From assembly GCA_964498965.1 (NCBI GenBank), contig CAZCJU010000004.1, positions 1 through 59,965 of the forward strand: a DNA stretch of 59,965 bases. Direction: 5' to 3'. The position numbers and the translations under genes are program-made. This stretch comes from an uncultured Lachnospiraceae bacterium (GTDB lineage: Bacteria > Bacillota > Clostridia > Oscillospirales > CAG-272). Below the pieces are notes generated by a model. That model was not told the origin of the DNA. It was given only the letters and a program-made list of their open reading frames with translations, and ran no database searches. Position 1 is the first letter of the stretch. Every line of letters begins with the position of its first letter. Below are positions 47,654-58,083 of the stretch, piece after piece.

Positions 47654-49132
47654 TTACTTTAAAACGTCCGTCACGCCTCCTATTTCGAACCAAAAGTCCG
47701 AACCTTTGCCCTCGTCGCTTATAACGCCGTATTTTCCGCCATGCAACTCCACGACGCCTTTCACTATCGAAAGTCCGAGACCGGTACCCACTCCCGCACG
47801 CTTATGTGTGCGATTTTCCTTATAATATCTCTCCCATATATATTTTATGTTTTCCTCGGCTATTCCGATACCGCTGTCAAGCACATCGAAACGAACGCAT
47901 CTCTTCCCGTTGTCCGTCGTATTCTTCGTAATGCTTTGTTTTATCACGACAGTCTTATCGTCGCCCGTATAGTTTATCGCATTGTTCAACAAATTATATA
48001 TTACCTGAGATATTTTAGTTTCGTCCGCACATACGATCACCTCGCCGTCGTATTCGAAGCTTACGGTATACCCGTCTATGCCTTTCATTTTCGAATATCT
48101 CGCTATTATATTCTTGATGCTTTGCGTTATGTTATACTCTTCGATATCCGCACTGTCCATGCCGGCTTCTATCTTCGAGATAGACAGGATATCGTTCACG
48201 AGCCGTCTTAAATGCTCTGCCTCGTCTATCACGACCTGAATGTTTTCCGGTGTGTTTTCACCGGGTATATCACGCATCACCTCGCTGTAGCCCGTGATCA
48301 TCGTCAGCGGTGTACGTAGGTCGTGTGAGATATTCGCTATAAGCTCACGTCTGAGCGTATCGACCTTGGACAGTTCTTTCGCCGCCGTGTTCAGCGTTTC
48401 CGAAAGTTCGTAGACCTCTCTGTATCCCTCACCCTCAAAGCCGATATCGTACTTTCCCTCTCCGAGCTTTTTCGCACTTTTATTGATCTTTATTATCGGT
48501 TGTGAGATATTCCTCGAAAGTATTATTCCGAGGGCGATCGCAAGCACGATAAATACGGCGGAAATAATGTAAAGTTGCTTCTGTATCGTTTTCACCGTCG
48601 CACCGACAGGTGTCAGCGTTACTGAAACGAGGATATACTTGTGTACCCCATCGTCTTCTTCAAGCACACGGCAATATATCATGTTTTCGTTCGTGCTTTT
48701 GGAAAACGGATTTTGTCTTTTTTCTACGTCCTCCGTACTTCGTCTTATACACGCTCCGCCGTCCTCTATCGCCTGCTTTACCATGTAATTCACTATAAGG
48801 TCGCTGTTAAGAATACTTGAGAACGAGAGTGCCTTTTCCGTCTTGCGATACTTATCGGTCTGCGTTATAACGAGTATATCCGCACCGTTTTCGCTCGCAC
48901 GATTATATATTATGCTTCTCAGCTCGTCATTATCGATATTTTTTTCGATCACGTCCGCCGTATTCATAAGCTCGTTCATTTTTTCGTTTTCGTAAAATTC
49001 ATCGAGCAGCACCACCTGAAACAGCCACACCGCAATGAGCAACACCACGGTAAAGGCGGCAATGTATATTGTGACCTTCCAGCCGATCCCGAGTCTGTTT
49101 TTGCTCTTTTCGAGCTTTGTCTCCGCAGTCAT
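47654..49132 (-). CDS. HAMP-domain sensor histidine kinase
   Basis: Two TMs, HAMP, ISHDLRTPLT H-box, NLLNNAINY, DSGIGI, GTGLGLSIV. Confidence 0.95.
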   Translation of the reverse strand: MTAETKLEKSKNRLGIGWKVTIYIAAFTVVLLIAVWLFQVVLLDEFYENEKMNELMNTADVIEKNIDNDELRSIIYNRASENGADILVITQTDKYRKTEKALSFSSILNSDLIVNYMVKQAIEDGGACIRRSTEDVEKRQNPFSKSTNENMIYCRVLEEDDGVHKYILVSVTLTPVGATVKTIQKQLYIISAVFIVLAIALGIILSRNISQPIIKINKSAKKLGEGKYDIGFEGEGYREVYELSETLNTAAKELSKVDTLRRELIANISHDLRTPLTMITGYSEVMRDIPGENTPENIQVVIDEAEHLRRLVNDILSISKIEAGMDSADIEEYNITQSIKNIIARYSKMKGIDGYTVSFEYDGEVIVCADETKISQVIYNLLNNAINYTGDDKTVVIKQSITKNTTDNGKRCVRFDVLDSGIGIAEENIKYIWERYYKENRTHKRAGVGTGLGLSIVKGVVELHGGKYGVISDEGKGSDFWFEIGGVTDVLK

Positions 49133-49150
49133 AGATCACACCTGCCCCGC

Positions 49151-49825
49151 TCATTCCTCAAAGCGGTAACCGACTCCTCTCAGTGTGACTATATATTTCG
49201 AATACTGCTTAAGGCTCTTGCGAAGAAGCTTTATATGTGTATCCAGCGTTCTGTCGTCACCGTAAAAATCGTAGCCCCAGACCTCGGTTATCAGCTTTTC
49301 TCTTGTCAGGGCTATTCCTCTGTTTTTCACCATATAAAACAGCAGATCGTATTCTTTCGGTGTCATATCCGCTTTTTCGTCGTCAATGTATACGAGTCTG
49401 CCGGTAAAATCGACCGTAAGCCCTTCGAATTTTATTATATCTTTAACGCCCCGATCGACTGCGTTCTTCGTTCTTTTTATGACCGCACCGACACGCATCA
49501 TCAGCTCCTTGGGCGAAAACGGTTTGATAACGTAATCGTCCGCACCGACCTCAAAGCCGTGTATTCTATCGTATTCCTCGCCTCTTGCCGAAAGCATTAT
49601 TACCGGCACGCTTTTCGTTTTGCGTATTTCTCTCACCGCCGAAAAACCGTCGAGAAACGGCATCATTATATCCATAATAACAAGATCGTAGTCGTTTTTG
49701 CGGCATTTTTCCACCGCTTCCATCCCGTCGCTTGCTTCTTCGGTTTCATAGCCCTCGAACACGGCATATTTTTTGATAAGCTCTCTTATTTTTTCCTCGT
49801 CATCGACTATAAGCAATTTATACAT
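49151..49825 (-). CDS. OmpR/PhoB family response regulator
   Basis: IVDDE, MDIMMP, KPFSP, TPKEYDLL, VWGYDF.GDDRTLDTHIK, RGVGY. Confidence 0.96.
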   Translation of the reverse strand: MYKLLIVDDEEKIRELIKKYAVFEGYETEEASDGMEAVEKCRKNDYDLVIMDIMMPFLDGFSAVREIRKTKSVPVIMLSARGEEYDRIHGFEVGADDYVIKPFSPKELMMRVGAVIKRTKNAVDRGVKDIIKFEGLTVDFTGRLVYIDDEKADMTPKEYDLLFYMVKNRGIALTREKLITEVWGYDFYGDDRTLDTHIKLLRKSLKQYSKYIVTLRGVGYRFEE

Positions 49826-49892
49826 ATTTTCCTCCGTTTTATTCGGTGCCATCATATCATTTCACTGTGACGGACATATGTCGGCAAAATGA

Positions 49893-50903
49893 CTATTTTT
49901 TCGGTCTGTAGCCGTTCAGTGGATTACTGTTTGCCGCCTTTTCGATATCCTCGTTCAGAACGTGTGTATATATCTGCGTCGTATTCAGTTGCTCGTGTCC
50001 CAGCACCTCCTGAAGCACACGCACATCGACGCCGCCTTCGCGGTACATCAGCGTTGCCGCCGTGTGACGCAGCTTGTGCGTCGAAAGCTTTTTATATCCG
50101 AGACCCGCCTCGTCGAGGTATTTATACACGAGCCACTGTACGGTCTTTCGGCTTATACGCTGTTTTCTGTTCGACAAAAACAGCGGGTGCTTGCCCTTTT
50201 CGACGCAATCGCAGGTATCTCTTATCGGCATATAAGCGTCTATCGCCTCTCTTACGCCGTCGTTTATGTAAACGACTCTCTGTTTATTCCGCTTCCCGGT
50301 TACCATAAGTCGTGTATACTCGTTGTCGAAATCCTCTATATTTATCCCGACAAGCTCCGCAAGTCGCACGCCGGTGTTCAAAAAAAGCATTATTATTGCG
50401 AAATCTCTCTCTTTTGTCTTTGATCTTTCATCCGCATTTATCGCATCGAGCAACATATGCGTTTCGTCGAGCGTCAAAAACTTGGGGTCGCGTGTTTTAA
50501 CTCCGCTTCTTTCTATATCCGTTGCGGGATTTTCCTTGAAGTATCTCATTGTCGAGCAGGTATATTTGAATAGCATCTTCACCGACGAAAGCTTTCTCGC
50601 ACTCGTTCTTTGGCTGTCGCCTCTCACCGTGCTGACATACGAAAGATAGTCGTATATCTCGTGACGTTTTATGCTTTTCGCAAAATCCGCATCGACGCAA
50701 TCGAGCGGGATCTTGTCGAATTTTTCGCCCTGCACCTCATCTCCGCGTCTTGACGCTATTATGAATTTGAAAAACACCCGCAGGTCGAGCATATATTCCT
50801 CGACCGTACGCACCGAGCGAAATTCGACGCTCAGCTTATGATTGTAGTATTCTCTGAGCAACGGCGACATCAATGCGTCCGCCATAATTCTTTTGCTTGC
50901 CAT
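49893..50903 (-). CDS. Tyrosine recombinase, XerC/XerD-like
   Basis: Complete catalytic set: TGVRLAEL (R), GKRNK (K), HKLRH, LGH, TTQIYTH (Y); N-terminal SAM-like domain. Confidence 0.92.
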   Translation of the reverse strand: MASKRIMADALMSPLLREYYNHKLSVEFRSVRTVEEYMLDLRVFFKFIIASRRGDEVQGEKFDKIPLDCVDADFAKSIKRHEIYDYLSYVSTVRGDSQRTSARKLSSVKMLFKYTCSTMRYFKENPATDIERSGVKTRDPKFLTLDETHMLLDAINADERSKTKERDFAIIMLFLNTGVRLAELVGINIEDFDNEYTRLMVTGKRNKQRVVYINDGVREAIDAYMPIRDTCDCVEKGKHPLFLSNRKQRISRKTVQWLVYKYLDEAGLGYKKLSTHKLRHTAATLMYREGGVDVRVLQEVLGHEQLNTTQIYTHVLNEDIEKAANSNPLNGYRPKK

Positions 50904-51007
50904 ATTCGACTCCCTTTCCGCACTTTATTATACAAAATTTGCAGAGTTTTGTATAATATTCTTTCGTGAATAATATGTAAATTTTAAAATTATTAAATAT
51001 ATGTCGG

Positions 51008-51036
51008 TTGTAATTTACACTCGAATATTGTATAAT
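51008..51036 (+). promoter_or_regulatory. Sigma-A-like promoter
   Basis: TTGTAA, 17 bp, TATAAT. Confidence 0.6.
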
Positions 51037-51093
51037 CGGCACATCGGCTGTGCCGTTCGGTTCGGTCGAAACACGAAATACACGGAGCAAATA

Positions 51094-51627
51094 ATGTCAT
51101 ATTTCAAATCGTTCGGATACGAAACTTTCAAGCTGTTCGTGACGCAGTTCGTCATGGCGATATTCGGTCTTTCCGTCATGGCGGCACTCGCCGGAAAGAG
51201 TGGCTTTCTGCTTGCCGCAAGTATTGCGGCGGTCATTCTTTACTGTTTTCTCATATATTCTCAAATGTGGGAAATAGGCGGAAAGGACAGGATACGTGTC
51301 GATGCCGGAAGAAGCGAAAAGGATCTCAAAAAGCCTCTGTACATGGCATTGCTCGCCAATGCACCCAATTTTGTTTTGGGGCTGCTCGAGATTATCGGAT
51401 ATTTCGCGAAAGCCGACTCGCTTCAATCCGTCGCTCATGCGGCGGGATTGTTTCTGCAAAGCTACCTTTTGGGAATAATAAATTACACCGGTTTAAAGGG
51501 AAATCCCTTCGTGCTTACTCTTACGCCGTTCTTCGCCGTTTTCATCACGTTTTTATCTTATCTTTCGGGCTACAGCGGCATTTCGTTTTTACACACCGAA
51601 AAGCAGGAAAAAAAGCTCAGAAAATAA
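51094..51627 (+). CDS. Membrane protein of unknown function
   Basis: SD GGAG; about 4-5 hydrophobic helices; WEIGGKDRI motif. Confidence 0.7.
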   Translation: MSYFKSFGYETFKLFVTQFVMAIFGLSVMAALAGKSGFLLAASIAAVILYCFLIYSQMWEIGGKDRIRVDAGRSEKDLKKPLYMALLANAPNFVLGLLEIIGYFAKADSLQSVAHAAGLFLQSYLLGIINYTGLKGNPFVLTLTPFFAVFITFLSYLSGYSGISFLHTEKQEKKLRK

Positions 51628-51686
51628 TCATTTCGCACCGTCAAGTGTCATATACTGAAAAAAACGAAAAGTACACGGTGACGGTA

Positions 51687-52442
51687 ATGCCAAACAAAAA
51701 GATATTTTCGATACGCTCGTTTGCGGCACAGCTGTTATGCTCCTGTTGTGCCTTTGCTCTCGTCTGCTCGTCATTCATTCGCTTCGGAACATCGCACGCA
51801 TCGCATACCGACATACAAGCCGATGTTCTTCCGAGCGACGACCGTTCGTTTCCCGTGCTTGTCATAGATGCGGGGCATGGCGGTATCGACGGCGGTGCGA
51901 CTTCGAGCGACGGAATACTCGAAAAAGACATCAATCTTCAAATATCGAAAAAGCTTGCCCGACTTGCCTCCGCATACGGCATAAAATGCGTCATGACACG
52001 CTGTGACGACGAGCTTCTCGGTTCATCGTCAGGTTACGGAAGCCGCAAGTTGCGTGATCTGCAGGCAAGAGTTGACATCGCAAAAGAAAACGGCAATTGT
52101 TTTTTCGTAAGCATTCATCAAAACAAATTTCCGATAGAAAAATATTCGGGGTTGCAGGTCTACTATTCGCCTAACAACGATTTTTCGCAGATCCTCGCAC
52201 GTAATATACGGGACTGTACCAGAACTTATCTTCAAAGCGACAACAACAGAGAAATAAAGCGGGCAACGTCCTCGATATACGTCTTAAACAACATATCCTC
52301 TCCCGCAGTGCTTGTGGAATGCGGTTTTTTGTCAAACCGAAGCGAAGCGAGCCTGTTGTGTGACGAGATCTACCAAAAAAAACTGTGTGCCGTGATATTC
52401 GGTGCTGCGGTTAATTCTTTAACGGAATACGAAAACAAATGA
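51687..52442 (+). CDS. cwlD: N-acetylmuramoyl-L-alanine amidase (Amidase_3, CwlD-like)
   Basis: VIDAGHGGIDGGA, EKDINL, DL.AR, SIHQN.F...KYSG.QV.Y, LVECGFLSN; N-terminal TM. Confidence 0.8.
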   Translation: MPNKKIFSIRSFAAQLLCSCCAFALVCSSFIRFGTSHASHTDIQADVLPSDDRSFPVLVIDAGHGGIDGGATSSDGILEKDINLQISKKLARLASAYGIKCVMTRCDDELLGSSSGYGSRKLRDLQARVDIAKENGNCFFVSIHQNKFPIEKYSGLQVYYSPNNDFSQILARNIRDCTRTYLQSDNNREIKRATSSIYVLNNISSPAVLVECGFLSNRSEASLLCDEIYQKKLCAVIFGAAVNSLTEYENK

Positions 52443-53803
52443 AAACGAAAACTACATATGAATGTGAGAATTGCGGTTACACCTCGTCGAAATGGCTCGG
52501 AAAATGTCCGTCCTGTTCAAGCTGGAACACCATGTCCGAACGAGAGAACGCACCCGAGCCTACGAGCAATGGTCGAATGTCCGTTGCCTTTCCCTTTTCC
52601 GAGCCGAAAACGCTCGAGGAGTTGCAATTACCCGATTACATACGTACGCATACCGGCTCGACCGAGCTTGACCGTGTTTTGGGCGGCGGTCTTGTTGACG
52701 GTTCGGTCGTTCTCATGTGCGGAGAACCGGGAATAGGAAAATCGACGCTGTTGCTTCAAATATGCTCCGGCTTGGGAGAACACGGCAGTGTGCTTTACGT
52801 TTCGGGCGAGGAGTCGGCTTCTCAGCTCAAGCTGAGAGCGAAAAGGCTCGACGTGAAAAGCAAGAGCCTATACGTTCTCACCGAAACAAACGTCGAGCGT
52901 ATAACAGCCGCCGCCGACAAGCTCCGACCGAATTTTATGATAATCGACTCTATACAGACAATGTATTCCGACAAAATACAATCCTCTCCGGGTTCGGTGA
53001 CACAGGTCAAGGAATGTGCAATGCATTTTATCAACACGGCAAAAGCATATTCGATACCGATGCTCCTTGTCGGACACGTCAACAAGGAAGGTGCCATAGC
53101 GGGGCCGAAGGTACTCGAGCATATGGTTGACACGGTACTGTATTTCGAGGGCGACCGTCAAACGAGCTTACGCATAATACGTTCGATAAAAAATCGCTTC
53201 GGCTCAACGAACGAAGTCGGCGTTTTCGACATGGACGAGCATGGGCTGGCAGAAGTGCCTAACCCGTCGGAAATGCTTTTGTCGGGCAGACCGCTCGGAG
53301 TTTCGGGCAACTGCACCGTATGTACCGTTGAGGGAACGCGTCCGATACTTGCGGAGATACAGGCTCTCGTTACCCCGTCGTACTATCCCTCTCCGAAGCG
53401 TACCTCTTCGGGTATAGACGCAAACAGGCTTTGTCTGTTGCTCGCACTGCTCGAACGCAGGCTCGGCTTGAAATATTCGACGCACGATGCATACATAAAC
53501 GTCATAGGCGGTTTAAGACTCGAGGACACCGCCTCCGACTTGCCGGCGGCACTTGCACTTGTGTCGGGGCTGAGGGATATACCGTTTCCCGACAACATCG
53601 CCGCATTCGGCGAGCTTGGACTTTCGGGCGAATGCCGTCCCGTTTCAAACGCCGAAGCCCGCATAAAAGAATGTGCTTCGATGGGCTTTGAGCGGATAAT
53701 AATTCCGTCCAAGAATGCCGAAAAGGTCAATGCGGAAAAATACGGCACCGAACTTATCGGCGTTAAAAGTATTTACGAAGCAATAAGGATATTCGGAAAA
53801 TGA
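52439..53803 (+). CDS. radA: DNA repair protein RadA/Sms
   Basis: CENCG..KWLGKCPSC zinc finger, GEPGIGKSTL, KNRFG, Lon-like C-terminus. Confidence 0.98.
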   Translation: MKTKTTYECENCGYTSSKWLGKCPSCSSWNTMSERENAPEPTSNGRMSVAFPFSEPKTLEELQLPDYIRTHTGSTELDRVLGGGLVDGSVVLMCGEPGIGKSTLLLQICSGLGEHGSVLYVSGEESASQLKLRAKRLDVKSKSLYVLTETNVERITAAADKLRPNFMIIDSIQTMYSDKIQSSPGSVTQVKECAMHFINTAKAYSIPMLLVGHVNKEGAIAGPKVLEHMVDTVLYFEGDRQTSLRIIRSIKNRFGSTNEVGVFDMDEHGLAEVPNPSEMLLSGRPLGVSGNCTVCTVEGTRPILAEIQALVTPSYYPSPKRTSSGIDANRLCLLLALLERRLGLKYSTHDAYINVIGGLRLEDTASDLPAALALVSGLRDIPFPDNIAAFGELGLSGECRPVSNAEARIKECASMGFERIIIPSKNAEKVNAEKYGTELIGVKSIYEAIRIFGK

Positions 53804-54570
53804 TAAAGGAAGAAACAAGGTTTACCGACAGCTGTCTTTTCGAAGGCATGATATCACTCAGTGCCGTCTTAAATTCCGATTGCAGTGACAGAAAAATAGA
53901 AAAAGTGCTTTTCGACCGCACGCTTGTCGAAAAAAAATCACGTGAACTCGGCTATTTAAAAAAAATGTCCTCTCTACGCGGCTTCGAGCTTTGTCTTTCG
54001 GAAAAAAGCGAAATAGATGCGGTAGCTACGGGAACAAGCCACGGAGGCATAGTCGGCTACTGTACCGAAAGAACGTTGCCGCCTCTCGATGCATCGCACA
54101 TAAAAGAAAACGGTTTTTACGTGTACATAGAGGGGATAGAGGACCCGTACAATTTCGGCTACTGCGTTCGCTCGCTGTATGCCGCCGGAGTTGACGGGAT
54201 AGTGCTGACGCCGAGAAACTGGCTTTCCGCAGCGGGTGTCGTTTGTCGTGCCTCCGCCGGGGCGAGCGAGCTTATTCCGATATATGTTGACACTCTCGGG
54301 ACTTGTGTTTCCGTTTTCAAGTCCGCAAATTACAAAACGGTATGTGCCGACACGGAAAATGCGGTCGATATATGCGATGCCGATCTGACGTTTCCCGTGT
54401 TTCTTATAATAGGCGGAGAACGTCGGGGAATATCCAAGCGTCTTTTGTCGCAAGCGGACACGGTCTGCAAGATAGAATACGGCAGATCATTCCCACAATC
54501 GCTGTCGGCGGCGAGTGCGTCGGCGGTTCTCGCATTTGAAATTTTGAGAAAGAACAGGAAAAGATCGTGA
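53800..54570 (+). CDS. TrmH/SpoU family RNA methyltransferase
   Basis: EGIEDPYNFG...R, ASAGA, IIGGE.RGI, SLSAA. Confidence 0.88.
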   Translation: MIKEETRFTDSCLFEGMISLSAVLNSDCSDRKIEKVLFDRTLVEKKSRELGYLKKMSSLRGFELCLSEKSEIDAVATGTSHGGIVGYCTERTLPPLDASHIKENGFYVYIEGIEDPYNFGYCVRSLYAAGVDGIVLTPRNWLSAAGVVCRASAGASELIPIYVDTLGTCVSVFKSANYKTVCADTENAVDICDADLTFPVFLIIGGERRGISKRLLSQADTVCKIEYGRSFPQSLSAASASAVLAFEILRKNRKRS

Positions 54571-55589
54571 CAAAGGTACTGGTAGCAATGAGCGGCGGCA
54601 CGGATTCCGCCGCCGCCGCTTGTCTGCTTAAAGAGCAGGGGTATTATGTAGAGGGCGGTATAATGCTTTTGAACGAGGACACGGACACTTCTGCCGCACG
54701 CAAAGTGTGCGACGAGTTGGAGATAAGACTCAATGTTTTCGATATGAAAAATGAGTTTTCTTCCTTGGTCATAGAGCCGTTTTGCGAGGAATACAAACGC
54801 AACAGAACTCCGAATCCATGCATTTCCTGCAACAGAAATTTGAAGTTCGGCAAGCTCCTCGATCTCGCTCTGTCCCTCGGCTTCGACAAGCTGGCGACGG
54901 GACACTACGCCGAGATCGTCTGCGAAAACGGCATTTACGGATTAAAAAAAGCGACAAACGCAAAAAAGGATCAAAGCTACGTTTTATATAACATGACACA
55001 GCACGAGCTTTCTCACACGCTGTTTCCGCTTGCCGATTTTGCCTCAAAGGACGAGGTTCGGCAGTATCTCGCACAGAAGGGAATATCCGCCTCACAAAGC
55101 AAGGATTCGCAGGATATCTGCTTCATTCCCGACGGCGACTACGCCGAGTTTATAACGAAAAACACGGGATTTGTTCCTTGCGAAGGCAACTTCATCGATA
55201 TAAACGGAAAAATACTGGGCAGACATAACGGGCTTTTGCACTACACGGTAGGTCAACGTCGCTTTCTCAACATTTCCCTCGGCAAACGCACTTACGTCAT
55301 TGACAAAAATCTTGCCGACAACACGATAACTCTCGGTGAAAAAGAGTTGTTGTACAAGCCCTCGCTGATCTGCGGGAAGCTCAGCTTTACCGCCGCCGCT
55401 CCGGCATTTCCCGCCACCCTACAAGTAGTGACTAGATATAAAAAAACGGCGGCGGATGCCGTTTTATCGCTTATCGGCAAGGACAGGGTAAAATGCGAAT
55501 TCACCTCCCCGCAATGCTTTATCGCCCCCGGTCAATCGGCGGTATTCTACGACGGCGACTATGTCATAGGCGGCGGAATCATAGAATAA
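54567..55589 (+). CDS. mnmA: tRNA 2-thiouridylase MnmA
   Basis: AMSGGTDS PP-loop, TPNPCISCN (CxxC type), ATGHYA, KDQSYVL, DSQDICF, APGQSAVFY. Confidence 0.96.
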   Translation: MTKVLVAMSGGTDSAAAACLLKEQGYYVEGGIMLLNEDTDTSAARKVCDELEIRLNVFDMKNEFSSLVIEPFCEEYKRNRTPNPCISCNRNLKFGKLLDLALSLGFDKLATGHYAEIVCENGIYGLKKATNAKKDQSYVLYNMTQHELSHTLFPLADFASKDEVRQYLAQKGISASQSKDSQDICFIPDGDYAEFITKNTGFVPCEGNFIDINGKILGRHNGLLHYTVGQRRFLNISLGKRTYVIDKNLADNTITLGEKELLYKPSLICGKLSFTAAAPAFPATLQVVTRYKKTAADAVLSLIGKDRVKCEFTSPQCFIAPGQSAVFYDGDYVIGGGIIE

Positions 55590-55644
55590 AACCGCTTTTT
55601 CGCAATTTAACATCACAATTTAACGCAATTTAATAATAAATCAC

Positions 55645-55673
55645 TTGACTAAATCGAAATTCTGGTGTATAAT
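55645..55673 (+). promoter_or_regulatory. Sigma-A promoter of serC-serA
   Basis: TTGACT, 17 bp, TATAAT. Confidence 0.7.
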
Positions 55674-55725
55674 CGGGTGTATAATTTTAATATTATTAGC
55701 TTTATGTTTGAAAGGAAGATGACAA

Positions 55726-56820
55726 ATGAACAGAGCTTACAATTTTTCCGCCGGTCCGTCGATGCTTCCGATGTCGGTGCTTGAAACAGCCGCCTCGGAG
55801 CTTATTTGCTATGGCACTTCGGGTATGTCCGTAATGGAGATGAGTCATCGATCGAGTGCTTACGACGAGATAATAAAATCGGCACAGTCACTGCTTCGTG
55901 AGGTCATGAACATTCCCGACAACTACAAGGTCCTCTTTTTACAGGGCGGTGCGTCCCTGCAGTTTGCCTCCGTTCCGCTCAATTTAATGAACAAAAACAA
56001 AAAAGCAGATTATATAGTTTCGGGTCAGTTCTCGTCGAAAGCGGCAAAGGAAGCCGAAAAATACGGTGAGGTACGCATAGTCGCTTCGTCGAAAGACAAA
56101 AATTTCACGTACATTCCCGAGCTTACGAGGGACGACTTTTCACCGGATGCGGACTATGTCCATATCTGCTTTAACAATACCATTTACGGTACAAAATACA
56201 ATTATATTCCCGACACGGGAGATATCCCTCTCGTTGCGGATATGTCCTCCTGCATTCTTTCCGAGCCGGTAGACGTCAGCCGCTTCGGCTGTATTTACGC
56301 CGGTGCACAGAAAAACGTCGCTCCCGCCGGTCTTACGATCGTCATTGTACGCGAAGATCTGATCGGTTCGGCAAGAGCCGACATTCCCGCCGTTATGGAC
56401 TACAAGATCATGGCGGACAACGATTCGATGTACAACACGCCTCCTTGCTATCCTATTTATATAGCAAAGCTTGTATTTGAGTGGATAAAGAGCCTCGGCG
56501 GACTTGAGGAAATGAAGCGGATAAACGAGGAAAAGGCCTCCCTTCTCTATTCCTATCTCGATTCGCAGTCGTATTACACCGCTCCCGTCGAGAAAAAATA
56601 TCGCTCGATGATGAACGTAACCTTTGTCACCGGAAACAGTGACTTGGACAAAAAATTCGCACTCGAAGCGGACAAGCTCGGCTTGAAGAATCTGAAAGGT
56701 CACCGTTCGGTAGGCGGTATGCGTGCGTCGATATACAATGCAATGCCGAAGGCCGGCATCGAAGCCCTTATAGAATTTATGAAAGACTTTGCGAAAAACA
56801 ATCCCAAGGAGAACGCCTGA
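55726..56820 (+). CDS. serC: Phosphoserine aminotransferase
   Basis: NFSAGPS, MEMSHRS, FLQGGASLQF, GAQKN, NTPP, GHRSVGGMRASIYNA. Confidence 0.98.
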   Translation: MNRAYNFSAGPSMLPMSVLETAASELICYGTSGMSVMEMSHRSSAYDEIIKSAQSLLREVMNIPDNYKVLFLQGGASLQFASVPLNLMNKNKKADYIVSGQFSSKAAKEAEKYGEVRIVASSKDKNFTYIPELTRDDFSPDADYVHICFNNTIYGTKYNYIPDTGDIPLVADMSSCILSEPVDVSRFGCIYAGAQKNVAPAGLTIVIVREDLIGSARADIPAVMDYKIMADNDSMYNTPPCYPIYIAKLVFEWIKSLGGLEEMKRINEEKASLLYSYLDSQSYYTAPVEKKYRSMMNVTFVTGNSDLDKKFALEADKLGLKNLKGHRSVGGMRASIYNAMPKAGIEALIEFMKDFAKNNPKENA

Positions 56821-57998
56821 TGTATAAGATAAAATTATTGAACAAAATAGCGAAGTGCGGTACACGTGTATTCGACGAAAAATACACGGTCGGCGATGAG
56901 GTGGAAAGCCCCGATGCGATAATGGTCCGTTCCGCCGCCATGCATGATATGGTATTCGACAAAAATCTGAAGGCCATAGCAAGAGCGGGTGCGGGTGTAA
57001 ACAATATCCCCGTTGACCGCTGTGCCGCAGAGGGAATAGTCGTATTCAACACACCCGGTGCCAACGCAAATGCCGTTAAGGAGCTTGTAATGGCGGGAAT
57101 GCTGCTTGCGTCGCGAGATGTCGTGGGCGGTATAGAATGGGTAAAGGAAAACGCCTCCGATCCCGATATCGCAAAAAGCGTCGAGAAGAACAAAAGCAGA
57201 TTCGCAGGTCACGAGCTTATGGGCAAAAAACTCGGTGTCATCGGTCTGGGTGCTATAGGCGGTCCTCTTTCCAACCTCGCACGTCATTTCGGCATGGACG
57301 TTTACGGTTGCGACCCGTACCTTTCGGTAGACGCGGCATGGAGGATCAACAAGGAGATACACCACGTCAGAACAAGAGAGGAAATTTACAAGGACTGCGA
57401 TTTCATTTCGCTTCACGTACCGTTGATAGCCGGTGACGATCCCAAGACCTCGACCAAGGGAATGATCGATGCACGTGCCATTTCGATGATGAAAGACGGC
57501 GTTGTGGTAATGAATTTCGCACGCGATCTGCTTGTAGACGAGGACGCAATGTTAGATGCGTTGAAGTCGGGCAAGGTCGGAAAATACATTACGGATTTCC
57601 CCAACACAAAGACAGCGGGAGCGGAGGGAGTTATCGCAATACCGCATCTCGGTGCTTCGACCGAAGAAAGCGAGGATAACTGTGCCGTTATGGCGGCTCA
57701 CGAGCTTATTGATTTTCTCGAATGCGGAAACATCAAGAACAGCGTAAACTATCCCGATGTCGTTCTTCCTCACAACGGCGATTACCGTATGTGTGTATTC
57801 CACAAGAACATACCGAGTATGCTCACACAGATCTCGTCGGCGATATCCGATGAAAAAATAAACATCGAAAACTTCATAAACAAGTCCAAAAAGGATTACG
57901 CCTATACCGTTGTCGAGATCAACGGCGAGCTTCCCGAATCCGTTATAGATGCGGTGAAGAGCATAGACGGGGTTATAAAGGTAAATATCATAAAATAA
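56820..57998 (+). CDS. serA: D-3-phosphoglycerate dehydrogenase with ACT domain
   Basis: ARAGAGVNNIP, NTPGANANAV, GLGAIG, NFAR, PHLGAST.E; TGATG overlap with serC. Confidence 0.95.
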   Translation: MYKIKLLNKIAKCGTRVFDEKYTVGDEVESPDAIMVRSAAMHDMVFDKNLKAIARAGAGVNNIPVDRCAAEGIVVFNTPGANANAVKELVMAGMLLASRDVVGGIEWVKENASDPDIAKSVEKNKSRFAGHELMGKKLGVIGLGAIGGPLSNLARHFGMDVYGCDPYLSVDAAWRINKEIHHVRTREEIYKDCDFISLHVPLIAGDDPKTSTKGMIDARAISMMKDGVVVMNFARDLLVDEDAMLDALKSGKVGKYITDFPNTKTAGAEGVIAIPHLGASTEESEDNCAVMAAHELIDFLECGNIKNSVNYPDVVLPHNGDYRMCVFHKNIPSMLTQISSAISDEKINIENFINKSKKDYAYTVVEINGELPESVIDAVKSIDGVIKVNIIK

Positions 57999-58045
57999 CT
58001 TTACGACTTTCGTTTTTTGCCGAGGTGCGATAACGAAGTATTATC

Positions 58046-58083
58046 TAAGACGGCGGCATAGTGAAAGCTGTGTCGCCGTCTTA
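58046..58083 (+). terminator. Hairpin terminator after serA
   Basis: TAAGACGGCGGCATAG-loop-CTGTGTCGCCGTCTTA. Confidence 0.7.

Noticed and set aside
49893-50903. Possible prophage or ICE integrase
   Set aside because: Size and motifs fit a chromosomal Xer; flanked by housekeeping genes, with no att duplication or cargo seen.
51267-51686. Apparent N-terminal extension of the amidase
   Set aside because: Out-of-frame overlap with the upstream membrane protein gene; the likely start is 51687.
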